A DNA stretch of 64,000 nucleotides from Eutreptiella sp. 'Long Island Sound 2002' (taxonomy: Eukaryota; Protista; Euglenida), in NCBI GenBank assembly GCA_964036045.1, contig OZ038378.1, positions 178,932,001 through 178,996,000 on the forward strand, in the 5' to 3' direction. Below are positions 1-11,680 of this stretch, piece by piece. Numbering within the stretch: position 1 is the first letter of the stretch; the number at the start of each line of letters is the position of its first letter. The notes under the pieces were generated by a model. It was not told the DNA's origin and did no database searches. It saw nothing but the letters and a program-made list of their open reading frames with translations. The translations under genes were made by a program, and so were the position numbers.

Positions 1-2989
1 TCCCTTACAGGGCCCTGGACAATCACCCGTTCTTCCCTTCGCAGAGTGTGTTGGGCCATTGTTGTCTGCTCTGCTGTGGAGGCGGTGCATGTTGCTTCGT
101 TTGTTTGTGCTTGAGGCCCAGCACTTGGTTTGCCGTGGCTGTGGCTGGTGCTGCAGGGGTCGTCCTGCAGCAAGCAAGCAAGCAACAGCAGCAAGCAGCA
201 GGCACATAGAAACTATTTGTGGGGACACTATGGCTCAAAATCAGCATCCAAGTAGCCAAAAACAATTGCAGAGCAAATGTGCATCATCTAAAATACGTAG
301 CATATCATTTTGAGCCATACAGCCTGTTATATGGCCAATTTAGTGTCCAAAAATGGCTATTTTCAGCCGGTTTTTAGGGCAGTTGACCTGAAACTTCAGA
401 ATGATGGCCAGTGTGTCAAGCAATTGTCTTCAATGAGGGCCGTTCTTCTTCCACGGTGATTGGACCATCACAGGGTTGTAAATGGGTGTTCAATGAGGCA
501 TGTCTCACACTGTGGTGCCATGCCATGGTTCATTTCGAGGTGAAAATGATCCGTTTTCAACCAGGTTCAAGAGAACCATAAAAACCCAGCTCGGTCCTGG
601 ACGTAAAACTTGATAGGCAGGCTCCTCCCTCAACATCACACCCGCAATGGTCAGAGGCAAATTGGATGGTATGATATACAGCTAGTGTCCAAATATGCCC
701 CAATGAGTGGATGACATATGCCAGGGTGGACAAATATCTTTGGGCCATTTTTGGGTCCCAGACCCCCCCCCCCAACAAGACGCCCTGCAGCACAGGCCTC
801 CCCATCACCCATACTGGGAGGAGCATGGCAGGAGGCCCATGCAGTTACACATCTGGTGGAGCCGGTAGAGCCCTACCCAACCACATCTGCTTGGTTGCAG
901 CCTGGTGGAATCACACATCCCTGGGGGGGTGGCCTTGCTGAAATGCACAAAACGCACCTTCGCCAGCGCACTGATTCTTGGGAGGGATCGGTGCAGTGGG
1001 TGGCGGTTAAAAATGGACAACTATTGACCATAAAGGAAGTTGGTTTGCGGCCAACAGAGGTCAGTGGTCAATTGCAGTAGACATCCCCAAGGTCACCTGA
1101 CAAGAAAAGTTCCATTGTTCTTGTAGCTTGGGCGAGCCCTGGTCGATAAGCGTTACACGCTTACCTGGGGCCGTTAATCGATAATTGAGACTTGTTGTCC
1201 TTAGCGGGCTCTACCTCAGGATGCGTCATTGGGTAGTGCTCCCGCTCCAGCGAGGGACATTTCAGGGAATTCCAGGGCTCGGACACGCACGGGTCAAATG
1301 CGGGTGATCATGGCCTCAACCCGCCATCTAAACCATCGGAGGCAGGCCCTTTAACGATTGGTAAAATTTGCTTTTGACCTGTTTTTGACTTCCTGGTTTC
1401 CCATGGTAGCCCTACCCTCGCATGGGCCAATGGCGCTACCATTGCTAGGCCATTGCCCTGCATACATCATTCAATTTGGGCCTTTTTGTGGGGACTGTCG
1501 AAAACGGGTTCTCGTGGTCAAAGACACCCTTTTTTTGCGACCCAGATGGCCCCGCTGCATTTTTGGTATCAGTTATTTTTATCTGACTTGGGGCCCATTT
1601 TCAGTCCCACGGTGGGCCCTTTTCGAGGCATTTTGGGGATCGTACAAACAAACGGGCCTAATGTGGGCATCGTGGTCCGAAAAAAGTCTTCTAATCATCT
1701 GGGGGGTGGAGGGGAGATCACTCTGGGACCCACTTTTAACGCCCCTCTTGACCCCCAAAGCCCCCCATAAGGAGCGCGCCCGATGCGATTCTACAGCACA
1801 TGGACCAGACATCAGAGGGGGTTAGACATGCAAATGCAATGTTGAGGGCCTGCGCATGAGCGCTCACGTCTGCGGCACGCAGTGCACCGGCCCCCGTTGG
1901 GGTAGGGCATCGTGCACCGTGGAAGGCCTCACGCACCGGATGTACCACCACAAAAATGCACGGGGCAGTCAGTCACGCCCGCACCTCAACACAGCGCCGC
2001 CCGACTGGCAAATCGCTGTCCGTTGTCGCACCAACTGTGCGTGGGTTGGGATTAACAGCTGAGAGCGCCAGCAGCTGTCGATCGGCCACCAAATGCTTTC
2101 AGTTGACGATCCGCGGCGGCCGGCTATCCGCGAAATGCGGTGGATTGATCATCGACAGCCGTGGGTTAGCCCCAGGAGACGGCGACCTGCTGCGTATCCC
2201 GCTGGTCTCCTTGGGAGGACCGTTTTAATTGGGCAACAGATCGCTTTCCGCACCATGCCACGACCCAACCATTAAGGCAAAATCGCTGGGAAATTTGCTG
2301 ACCGACCGACCTAAAGCCGTCGGAACACACCCACCCGTGTTGCGAGGGTGTCTCCTATGGAAAACCCCGTAATGCGCACTGTGGACGGCAGCATCACGAC
2401 CTTCGCGACCGGCTCTTAGCCACCCCCAAGAGGATGGCATGCGACCCCGGACAAGCGAACGTGGACCTATAACCGTCGCCGAGCCACCGACAGCGGTCGG
2501 TCACTTCGGGGCAACAGAAGGCAGCGCGGCGTCCTTGGGCCTGCCGCCCTCCGTGCGGCACACCATAGGCAGCAGACCCAACGCCCATGTCAGACCTGCG
2601 GTGCACCCTCACCCTCGCCGGAGCTTGTCAGGGGCAGCGTGATTTGCGTCCCGGCGCATGTTCAGTGTCCCGCGGCCCCATGCCGTGACAGCCCAACCAA
2701 CCGGAGACTGTCAAAATCCGCCGGTTGATCATGAGCTGGGGTCGTTTCCAGACACGCCACCATCGTCCGGCAGGGGACCTGAGTCGCGTTAGGAATCAGC
2801 CCCACGCCACGTGCCACTCAGTGATATCCGCTCTTGTCGAATCCCGAATTCAGTAGGAATCAGCCGCGTCCCGTGTCCGATTCAGTAGGACCCAGATCCT
2901 TCTGATCACACGTGACCTGGCGGACGCTCGCAGCAAGTTGGGTCGGTTCACTGCGGTGCTGCCACCGCAGCCAAGCCCTGGCCCATGGC

Positions 2990-5900
2990 TCACACATCTC
3001 TCGGGGTGCTGCTATTCACTCGGACCCGCATGTGCGCGCTCAGCTCCGCCGAGTACAGTTTGCTCGCCATCGTCGGGGTGATGCGGTGGAACGACATAAA
3101 CTTTTTGATGGCGGCGTGGGCCTTGCCAAACTGCCCTTGGGACAGCCCCGCCCACGACACGTCGGTGATGGCCACGTGCGCCAGATTCCAAACGCACGAC
3201 GCCGTGCGCTTGTCCCCCCCTCCGCACACCGTCTTCCGCCCGCAGTCGAGCCACGGCTCGGCGGGAATCGCATCGAAAAGCCCCGCACTGAACATGGCAC
3301 AGGCCCCTCCGAAGTGCCAGTACATTGACATGGGCTGCCGCAGCTGGGGCACACCATTGCGCTGCCTGCACATGAACGCCATTGGACTTTCAGACAGCCA
3401 GACAACCAGGGAGATGGGGGAGATGGACAAGTTGGTCGGTGCATTGAGGCGGGGTGGTCGAACGGGGCTGAGGTTGGGATGGGGGTCCGAGGGGAGGAAG
3501 GGGGGGTGACACTCCTCCATGCTAACAAACAGCTGAAAAGCTTTTAGCACTGAATGCGCCGAAAAACTTGTTTCAGGTTGTACAATTGGAGTCTGGATGC
3601 ACCCTGCCAATCCCTGGAGCGGATGCTGATAAATCCGGGAGGTCTGTTGCTGGACGCTGTTAATTCTTAGACAATCCTGGATAGATGTGGTTTTTCCTGG
3701 GGATTTCTGGATGGATGCTGTTAATCCTTGGATATTCCCAGACGTTTGCTGTTAATTTCTGGATGCCGCAAATTCTTGGAGGTCTTTGGATAGATGCTAA
3801 CAATTCCTGGGGTCTCTGGATAGATGCTCTTCATTCTTCGAGGTTCCTGAACGGATGTTTTTTCTTCCTAGACGTCTGTGGATGGATAGTATGACATCTT
3901 GAATGTAGGATTGTGCTTCATCCTCACCTTCCACCAAACTTTGGGCTGAATTCAAAACCACCACAAGGGAATTCTGATTTTTTGCTATTTTGCGTGTGCT
4001 GCAGCCTGTTGCCTGCTGCTTGCTGCTGCTGCTTGCTGCTGCTTACTAAAGAGGGTAGCTCCATCCTACAGTCTAAACAGGGTAAAACCTTATTGGTTCA
4101 CAACCTGTGAACGCTAACCCTAATTAAGTGTCGTCCTCCAGGTCCAACCGCCTGACCCCCCCCTCCTCCTGGCGCCTTGGAACCCCGGAGGAATGCTGAG
4201 TTATTGCACGTGTGCACAAGCGGCAGGCAGTACAAAGCTCAGAAAGAAAATTGGCTCGTCAGTGGCCTACAAGACCATAGGGACCCCCCCACTCCCAGCA
4301 GCCTTGCCCCCCTCCCAGTCCCCCCCCTGTCCATTGAGACCACGTAAGCACCTGGGTTGGTTTTTTTTGGGGGGGGGGGGGGCTCTATTGCCCCACTCCC
4401 CCCAAACCCATTCAGGAACGTCCGGGAGTTCACAGCATCCATTTGGGAACATCTCGGAATAAACTACAAAGATTGAGTAAGAGATTCAGCAGGGCCTGCG
4501 AGGGACAAGTGCTAGAAGTGGCGACCAGCTTTCACATTGTGTCAAAAATTGCCAAAAAAATTGCCATTTTTCAACCACTTTGGGTGCAACCTTTTGTCAC
4601 CCTTTTGACCTGATTGGCACCCAACCAAGCCTTAGGGAGGAAACACGCAGTGGCTCAGCAGCACCTCATCCAGTGGACCTTATCCTCCATGAGACTGATA
4701 GGACATGGTTCCTCCGTGGTCTTGTTAGCGTCCACGGTACACGGCTTATCCAGTGTCATGCAGCATGTCAAGAGGTTCTGCTCCCGCTCCCGTTTCTTCC
4801 ATCCCTTGCAGACTGCCCCTTTGTGGCCACGGGCCGGTGGATGGGCAAAGCCTGGGGAGAAGATAGAGGCAGGGACGAAGGCTTGTGTTGCAGGTTTATT
4901 GATTGAATTGCCTCAGGCACTTCCAGAGAGCAAACCAGGAAGTGGGGAAGGGACACTGACACTGGGTGTACTACCCAATACTCCCCCCCAGCCTTTATGG
5001 AACGCCTCCCCCTCCTTCCCCACAGCACTGGCCACTGGGTGTACTATCTGGTAACCCACCAGGTTTTATGGAATACCACCCTAAACCGCACACAGCACAC
5101 ACTATCCCCCAACCCCCTTTTACGCCCCCCCCCCCTCCGCCCAACACACAGAGGAGGAGGAGGGGGAGCAACAGGAGGATCGGGCAGCTTAACCAAGTTG
5201 ATGCATAGCAGCCAATTTGAGAGCTAACTTGGGTTGGGAAAGACCATGAACAATTCACTGCAACCACAATGTTGCATTGGATTCCTCCCTGAGCAATTTA
5301 AAATTAGGAGGGGGAGCACTTGTTATTGCAATGGTGTGTTTGCCGCATCCTTAATGTCGCTTTGGGAGTCCTGGTGGTCTTAGGCGGCTTCTTTGGCAGG
5401 AAAAAATTGGTGCAGAAAATGGTGAAATGGGGGCTGTTGGGGGGGGGGGGGGACTCGCTTTTTGGAGGAAAAGGTGGGGGGCGGGTAACAGCCTGTTTTT
5501 GCCATTTTGAAACTGTAGGTCCTGGGGGCATCTGTGAGAAGGACTAGTGACAGAGACGAGAGATCTCTCAGGTAGCTATGCTGTCTCCGGAATTCTCCAC
5601 ACACGGTTGGGAACAACTGGGGTCGAGGATGCAAGGGCCACAAAACAGTGTTTTCCGCCATCCTCCACTCACCCCACAACTTGACTTGAAATGGAGAGCT
5701 GGTGCATTCCTCTGTAGCATCCCCGTATTTCTTTTTATATGAGCTACTTCTCCGGCACATCAGGTGCACATGACCAACACAACACTCAGTGTCGTGACTA
5801 GTGTGTAATTTTGTTTATTGATGCTCAATACGCCAAGCCAAGCCAATCCAATGATTGGTTCAGATTGCAGCCTCTTGCTTATGTGCCCTACCAATGTAAT

Positions 5901-8900
5901 CATTTTTGGGCTGGGATATGCTATCCTTGCAATTTTTGTATGTCTTGATCATCTGTACTTTGGTGCAGTACTGCCGGATGAATTTCTTTTAATGTTCACC
6001 AAACATGCATACAATCATCTAATTGCCCAAGAAGAGGAGGGTTGCAGAAAATGTAGAGACACCACATGCAAATCAAACATACTGAACAGCGTGAAACGTG
6101 TAAATTTGTGAGTCAAACCAGATTCTGCAACATTCAAAATCAAAACAAATAAGCCGCTGTCTCAGTGCGACAAACCCGGCCAGTCAAGCAAATTACAAAT
6201 GGGGGCAGAGACCCCCAGACAAAAGCAAGTGCCAAAATGGGCCAACCCTTTTGGCACTGCGGGTGCCAAAATGGGACCCCCCTGAAAAGCATTTTTAGAC
6301 CATAAGGGGAGCACAAAAATTGCCTTGGCATGTCACTACCCCCTCAAAAGCATTTTCAGATCATCAGTGTCCCATAAAAAATGGTTTTGTGAAACATTTT
6401 GAGAATATGAGGGTACCGCAGAAATAGTTTCGTGTGCCAGTGCCCCAGATGCACTCAGATGCACTTCGAGACCATGAGGGTGACACAGAAAATGAGTTGG
6501 AGTGTCAATAGCCCCTCAAAAGCATCTTGAGACAACGAGGGTACCACAAAAAATGGTTTGGTGTGTCACCAGCCCCTCAAAGCATTTTGACACCATAACG
6601 GTAACACAAAAGTGGCTTGTTGACAGTTCTCTTGATGAGATTGAGGGGGTGAAGGGGAGAAAGGCTGCCAAAAGAAAGGCTGCCATGGAAAAAGGTACAA
6701 GTAGCACTGCAGGCAAGAGTACCTACCAATGCAGGCCTTGCACCTAAAGATGCCCCAAGGCCAGCGGTAGTAAGACCCTTGGTTCCTTCATGGCCCATGC
6801 CCAAGCTGCAAAATCCTCTGCTGCCACCAAGAAAAGGAAGCAGGGTCAAAATTCAGGTTCCTGGGACATTTATAGTGGTATGTTGATGATTTTCGTGCTG
6901 CGGCCCGCTTTGCCATGCATTTCAAGCTAAACGCCTGTTTTTTCCGACAAGGCGCATTGGAGTGCACCATCGGTGCAAATGGTGTTCACCATTCTCCTTA
7001 GTCCCATCATTACCAACCCAGTTGAATGCCACCACTCCACTTTCCCACTCACCAGATTGCAACAAACTTCAGATCAAAAGCATAAGCAGCATCAAATTCC
7101 TTGGAACACTTGGCAATATTGCCATCATACTCAAGCAATCAAGCCCTACCAGTGAAGCTCCTTTGTCCCCCTCCTTTGCAGGGGGGGGGGGGGGATTGCG
7201 GTCTGGGGGGGTCGAATCCAATTGCGAAAAATTGCGGGAAAATTGCGATGTCGTAAGCGGCCCTCCTGAACCCTCAAGGTGCAACAATATTGTGCACAAC
7301 AGGGTTTGAACCCAGGACCTTTGGAAGTAGAACCTAGTACTACTACCAACTAAGGTATGTCAGGATTTGACAACCTTGAAACATCAGAGAGTGGATGCCA
7401 TAGTAAAAAAAAAAGGGGGGGGGGTGAGCGTCCTTATGGCACCCCCTGTCTTGAAGCGTCAAGTACAACATGGAGTCTCATTGTTCTGCACCAGCGTGGG
7501 GAGGCAGTCAGAAAATTGGGAAGTGAGAAAAATTGCGGGAAAATTGCGGGAAATTGCGGGAAATTGCGAAATTGCGGGAAATTGCAAAAAATTGCGAACC
7601 TCAATCCCCCCCCCCCCTGCCTCCTTTGCCTCCCTTTGTCCAATCACCCTGATTGCCTTGGCAGCACGTAGGTGTTGCTTCCGTAACATCTCCGCACCAT
7701 GGATTTGGTGGTGCATGTGTTTAGCGATGAGAGACTTCACCTTCTGTGCTGTGTGGTACAGCAAACAAACCCAGAAATCAAGAAGGCTTGTGTAATGGAA
7801 GGCGGCATGGACCGGGCTGATGGCATTTGCATGTTTTGCTCCCTGATTCAGAATACTGCACCATGTGTAAATGTGGTGGGTGCACACTGTAGCGGACACA
7901 GAACACCCATGTCTGACAGTGTCCAGGAAGACATGCGGGCGTCAGGTTCTGGGCTGCGGGCAGTGTTTAAACATTGGGAGGGAATACGTGGAGTGTTGCA
8001 GGCGGGGGGGCGGGGGCTGAGCGGGTATGGGGCGGGCACTTACTGCAGAGGCACAACCTAAATATAGCGGGATCGTATGGTCCGTGGCCTTCCTCTGCAA
8101 GAATTTCAACACATTGGGCAGCACCATGTAGCTGTCGTCATCCGCCAGGAGGAGCCATTTATAAGGGCGACAACTGATGTTCGCATGGTGCAACGCAGGA
8201 ATCCTGAGCATAGCGTATGGACCATCAAGCCCTTGGGAGGGGAGAACCTCTGCTCTGGAAGGGCGACAATTGGTCAGGTTTGCTGCCACCCATGGGCTCA
8301 AGTCGTGCCTGCCGTCGCAACCTTTACCATCAACTTGCCCTTGCATATGGCCCGCAACCATTCATCCAGGAGTCCAGGGTCTAGGCGTCTCGTTGGGCGA
8401 TTCTGAGGCTTGGAAACCACAAAAAGTGGGGGGTTGCGGGTGGACTAGGTGCCCTCGGAATTCGGTTTTGAGCCTCGCCCAAGATACGGCCCGTTCTTGG
8501 TTTCGGGCCTGCTTGACACAAATAGCGCACATTTAGGCCATTTTTGGCCATTTTTGGGCCGTTTCTCGGACATATCATGGAGTTAGAGGGCAACAAAGAG
8601 CTCTTGGTCACGGGGCGATCGAGGCGCACGTGGAGTGTTCGAACCGTTTGCCTTCGTTTGGCCGTTTTGAGTGGGTTTCGGGGCCTTTTGGGGCCAAAAA
8701 AGGCTGTTTTGGGGCACAAAATGCGCAGTTTTGGGAGGGCACCTCCCGACTTGGCGCCCCGGCCCCGGGGCGCCACCGGTGAGTTTTTGGCTCAAAACTT
8801 GGGTTCCGCAAGGGCACACACACACACACCACCGGTAATCCCCAGCGTTGTTCCCGGTCCAGTGGGAATGAGCCTTTCCAGGATGGTTCTCAAAAGCCAC

Positions 8901-9575
8901 TGTCGGCACACTCTTTGTCGCTTTGTTGCTGTAGAAGAAATGCTTCACGCCATTTAACCACGTGTCTCGGGCATGCGCCAACTGCCGGTGCCGCTTCTCG
9001 TAGCTGATGATAACCACACAAATGTCCTCCCAAGCCACCCCTGAGCTGCGGTTGCCGGGCCGGCTCAACATATCCTCCTCCGACGGTGCAGGAGGCTTAT
9101 ACTGTACAGGCTCCGTGGTAAGTTCGTCAGCAGGTGCAGATTCACCCCCAGCAGGCGGGGCGGTGGCCTCACGGGGCACAGCATCCTCAACAACTGCTGG
9201 ATCAGGGGCCTGAGAAATAGGGTTAGGCGGGTGAAGAATAAACAAGGGAGGCAGAGGGTGGGACATAAGATAAAGCACGGGCTGGGGGTAAAGGGTGTGG
9301 CACAATGGGAGGTATCAGGTGCGGTAAGGCATAGGGTGAGGCACAACACAAGGCAAGGCATGGTGAGGCATGGCATGGGGCAGGGGGTGAGGCACAGGGT
9401 GGGGCATGCGGTGGGGCACAGCAGGAGAAATCGGTGTGGACGCAAGGACCTGCGGCTTCTTCTGCCGGGATGCAAGCAGCGAAGGGGGAGGGGTCTGATG
9501 CGACTGACGGGAGGCATAGATGAGTGCAATGATCATCAACAGGGCCACGAATGCGGCGCCAATGCGGATGGACAT
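2990..9575 (-). CDS. Fringe-like / GT31 family glycosyltransferase, type II membrane protein, 6 exons, about 432 aa
   Basis: Exons assembled by hand: 9575-9450, 9209-8833, 8203-8044, 5784-5673, 4812-4665, 3365-2990. All introns are GT-AG with matching phases, and the total is 1299 nt (divisible by 3). N-terminal anchor MSIRIGAAFVALLMIIALIY. GT31-type motifs: DICVVIISY..RH..L...RDTW, YKWLLLADDDSY (DxD), PLYLG and YWHFGGACAMFSAGL. The exon 4 acceptor is a weaker GAG, and the intron 1 donor position is less certain. Confidence 0.8.
3600..3900. repeat. Degenerate short tandem repeat (ctggatagatgct / ttaattcttgga units) in the last intron of the GT31 gene
   Basis: The motifs tggatagatgct and gttaat(t/c)cttgga recur visibly. 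Confidence 0.5.
6270..6620. repeat. Degenerate ~60-bp tandem repeat
   Basis: About 5 recurrences of cccctcaaaagcatttt...accat(a/g)agggt. Confidence 0.45.
7179..7619. mobile_element. Non-autonomous TIR element (MITE) with 9-bp target-site duplication, inside GT31 intron 3
   Basis: Termini are CAG(G)nATTGCGGT and AACCTCAAT(C)nTG. CCTCCTTTG occurs at both 7170-7178 and 7620-7628. Internal AAATTGCG(G/A) repeats. Confidence 0.75.
7290..7352 (-). pseudogene. tRNA-derived (SINE-like) fragment inside the MITE
   Basis: The minus strand has an A-box-like TAGTTGGTAG and a B-box-like GGTTCAAACC at tRNA spacing, but the cloverleaf is poor. Confidence 0.5.
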
Positions 9576-10322
9576 TGCAGCGACGGCAGCCCCTTATAGG
9601 GCACAGCACGGCTCTACCCGACACCAGTGCACAGCAGTTGAAGCTGGCAGTGGCGGCAGACACCTTGAATCCATGTATCTGCAGAGTTGGAACACAAAGA
9701 GCAGGAGTCAAGCAGGAGACATAAGGCAAAAGAATGGCAGGACACCTACCCTGCCCCCCCTTCGAAAGCCCCCGCCCGCAGCGCGCGATGATCCCCCCCC
9801 CTGGGGGAGGGGGGGAGTGCAGGGTATTTGGTAAAACTTAGTACCGGACGATGTAACACTTAGTAAAATTTGGTAAAACTTAGTAGAAACGGGGTAAAAC
9901 CTAGTAAAAAAAATTTATAAAAAATTTTTAAAAAATTTTTATATTTACTAAGTTTTACCTCGGTCCACTAAGCCCCCCCCCCCCCCCCCGGCTGCCGTTT
10001 TAAACAAGGTAGTCAACACTTCAATGGTAGGTGGTACTTTTGTTTAAGGGCACAAGGCCCTCGAGTCGATTCCCCGCCACTTGTGTTAGTGGCGCCCCAC
10101 CCAGGCCAAACCATCATGCACACCAATTAGTTGGCACTCGGCCAACATAACAAAATATAATTGGGGTCGGGCAGTAGAAACAAAATCAGGCTCAAGAAAA
10201 GAGTCCTGACAGGGCCATGGCCAACATCTGTGGGAACTACTTACAAGTAGTTACAAAAGACACACTTGAAAATCAAGTCGGCCTTGGTATCTGCATGGCG
10301 CGGTTTGCCTCGCACTGTGGGA

Positions 10323-11240
10323 TTATTGGCACATCCCAAACAGAGCCGTTTTCAACTCCCCTTGTAGCTCGGTGCAAAATGCTTGGTCATTTCTCAATTG
10401 ACCATTAGCATTTTGGGGATATTGAGGAGGCACCGCATACCACTTGCGACAGATCCACACACCACGACGGGTGTTAACAGCAGAAACAGCAACAACAGTA
10501 GGCACACCAGGACGGGTGTCAACAGTAGCAGCAGCAGCAGCAACAGAAGCAATAGCAACAGCAGCAAGGTTGGCCGTCCAAAATTGGTGCAACCCAACAC
10601 AAATCTCTGATTGACACAAGATGGACACATGCAAGGCACAATGAAGAACCTTACATTCGTGGCACGCCATGTGTGGTGTGCCATCACAAGAAAAGCATGT
10701 GTCAACGGGGTCCAAAGATTTGGGTTCGGGGTACATCCAAGCCACCTCCCAATGTACCGCTGGGGTCCTTGGGGTGGAGGCCGACTTTGAACGACTGAAG
10801 TACAGAGTAGCTTTAGCCATTTCACGCAACAACCACAATTGATCTTGTGGCACTTGCAATATGCCCTTGGCAACGCGCCGAGACAAGGCACAATGCAACG
10901 TCAAGAGACATGCCGGATGGCAATCGACACCATCAATCTGCTGCATGAAGGTGGAATGTAGGGGTGCAATTGCAAATGCAAGGGCACCGAAAGCATCCAA
11001 AATCTTTGACCACTTCTTCCGCTGTTGTGGTTCAACGCCTTCTAGCTCGGCAATCAAATCCACAACAGCCAACTCCTCCTGGTTTGCCCCAACAATGTGT
11101 GGCCAGTCGCACACTGGGTCAAACTTAAGGCAAAGGTATTTGTACAAGTGGGCCGGGTGGCTACATAACCCCTGCCGCCTGGGGGGTCCCCAACGCTTCA
11201 CAGCGGGGGGCAGAATCAAAAGTGGCCCACAAGTGGGCAA
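10323..11240 (-). CDS. Hypothetical protein (up to 305 aa) with a B-box-like Cys/His cluster
   Basis: The ORF contains CFSC-x7-CHEC-x4-CALH. Its true start is unclear because the 5' end runs into the 80-bp repeat. Confidence 0.3.
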   Translation of the reverse strand: MPTCGPLLILPPAVKRWGPPRRQGLCSHPAHLYKYLCLKFDPVCDWPHIVGANQEELAVVDLIAELEGVEPQQRKKWSKILDAFGALAFAIAPLHSTFMQQIDGVDCHPACLLTLHCALSRRVAKGILQVPQDQLWLLREMAKATLYFSRSKSASTPRTPAVHWEVAWMYPEPKSLDPVDTCFSCDGTPHMACHECKVLHCALHVSILCQSEICVGLHQFWTANLAAVAIASVAAAAATVDTRPGVPTVVAVSAVNTRRGVWICRKWYAVPPQYPQNANGQLRNDQAFCTELQGELKTALFGMCQ

Positions 11241-11680
11241 GGTGGCTACATAACCCCTACCGCCTGGGCGGTCCCCACCGCTTCAGAGCGGGGGGCAGAA
11301 TCAGAAGTGGCCCACAAGTGGGCCAGGTGGCTAAATAACCCCTGCCACCCGGGGGGGGTCCGCAACGCTTCAGAGCGGGGGGCAAAATCAGAAGTGGCCC
11401 ACACGTGGGCTCGGTGGCTACATAACCCCTGCCGCCGGGGGGGGTCCCCACCGCTTCAGAGCGGGGGGCAGAATCAGAAGTGGCCCACAAGTGGGCAAGG
11501 TGGCTACATAACCCCTGCCGCCTGGGGAGTCCCCAACGCGGGAGGCAGAATCAGCAGTGGTAGCAGTCAGAAGTGGAAAATCTTATTTCTTGGGGGCCAC
11601 GCAACAAAGCGTGGATTTCAGAGTGGGGGGACAATATCAGAAATAGCCCACAAGTGGGCCCAGTGGCAGTCAGAAGTGGG
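11140..11680. repeat. ~80-87-bp tandem repeat, about 6-7 copies
   Basis: Unit: gtggctacataacccctgccgcctgggg..ccccaacgcttcagagcggggggcagaatcagaagtggcccacaagtgggc. Confidence 0.9.

Noticed and set aside
1800-2900. GC-rich stretch checked for rRNA or another structured RNA
   Set aside because: No conserved rRNA motifs were seen; there are only short local repeats (taggaatcagcc twice).
2985-3509. 174-aa plus-strand ORF, and similar antisense ORFs at 18427-19221, 36149-36811 and 51548-52021
   Set aside because: They are antisense shadows of identified coding regions.
9210-9449. In-frame TGA (9315-9317) in a Pro/His-repeat stretch of the GT31 gene, suggesting a pseudogene or readthrough
   Set aside because: A phase-0 GT-AG intron (CAG|GTCCTT at 9449 to tttctcAG at 9210) removes the whole repeat and the stop, restoring the frame.
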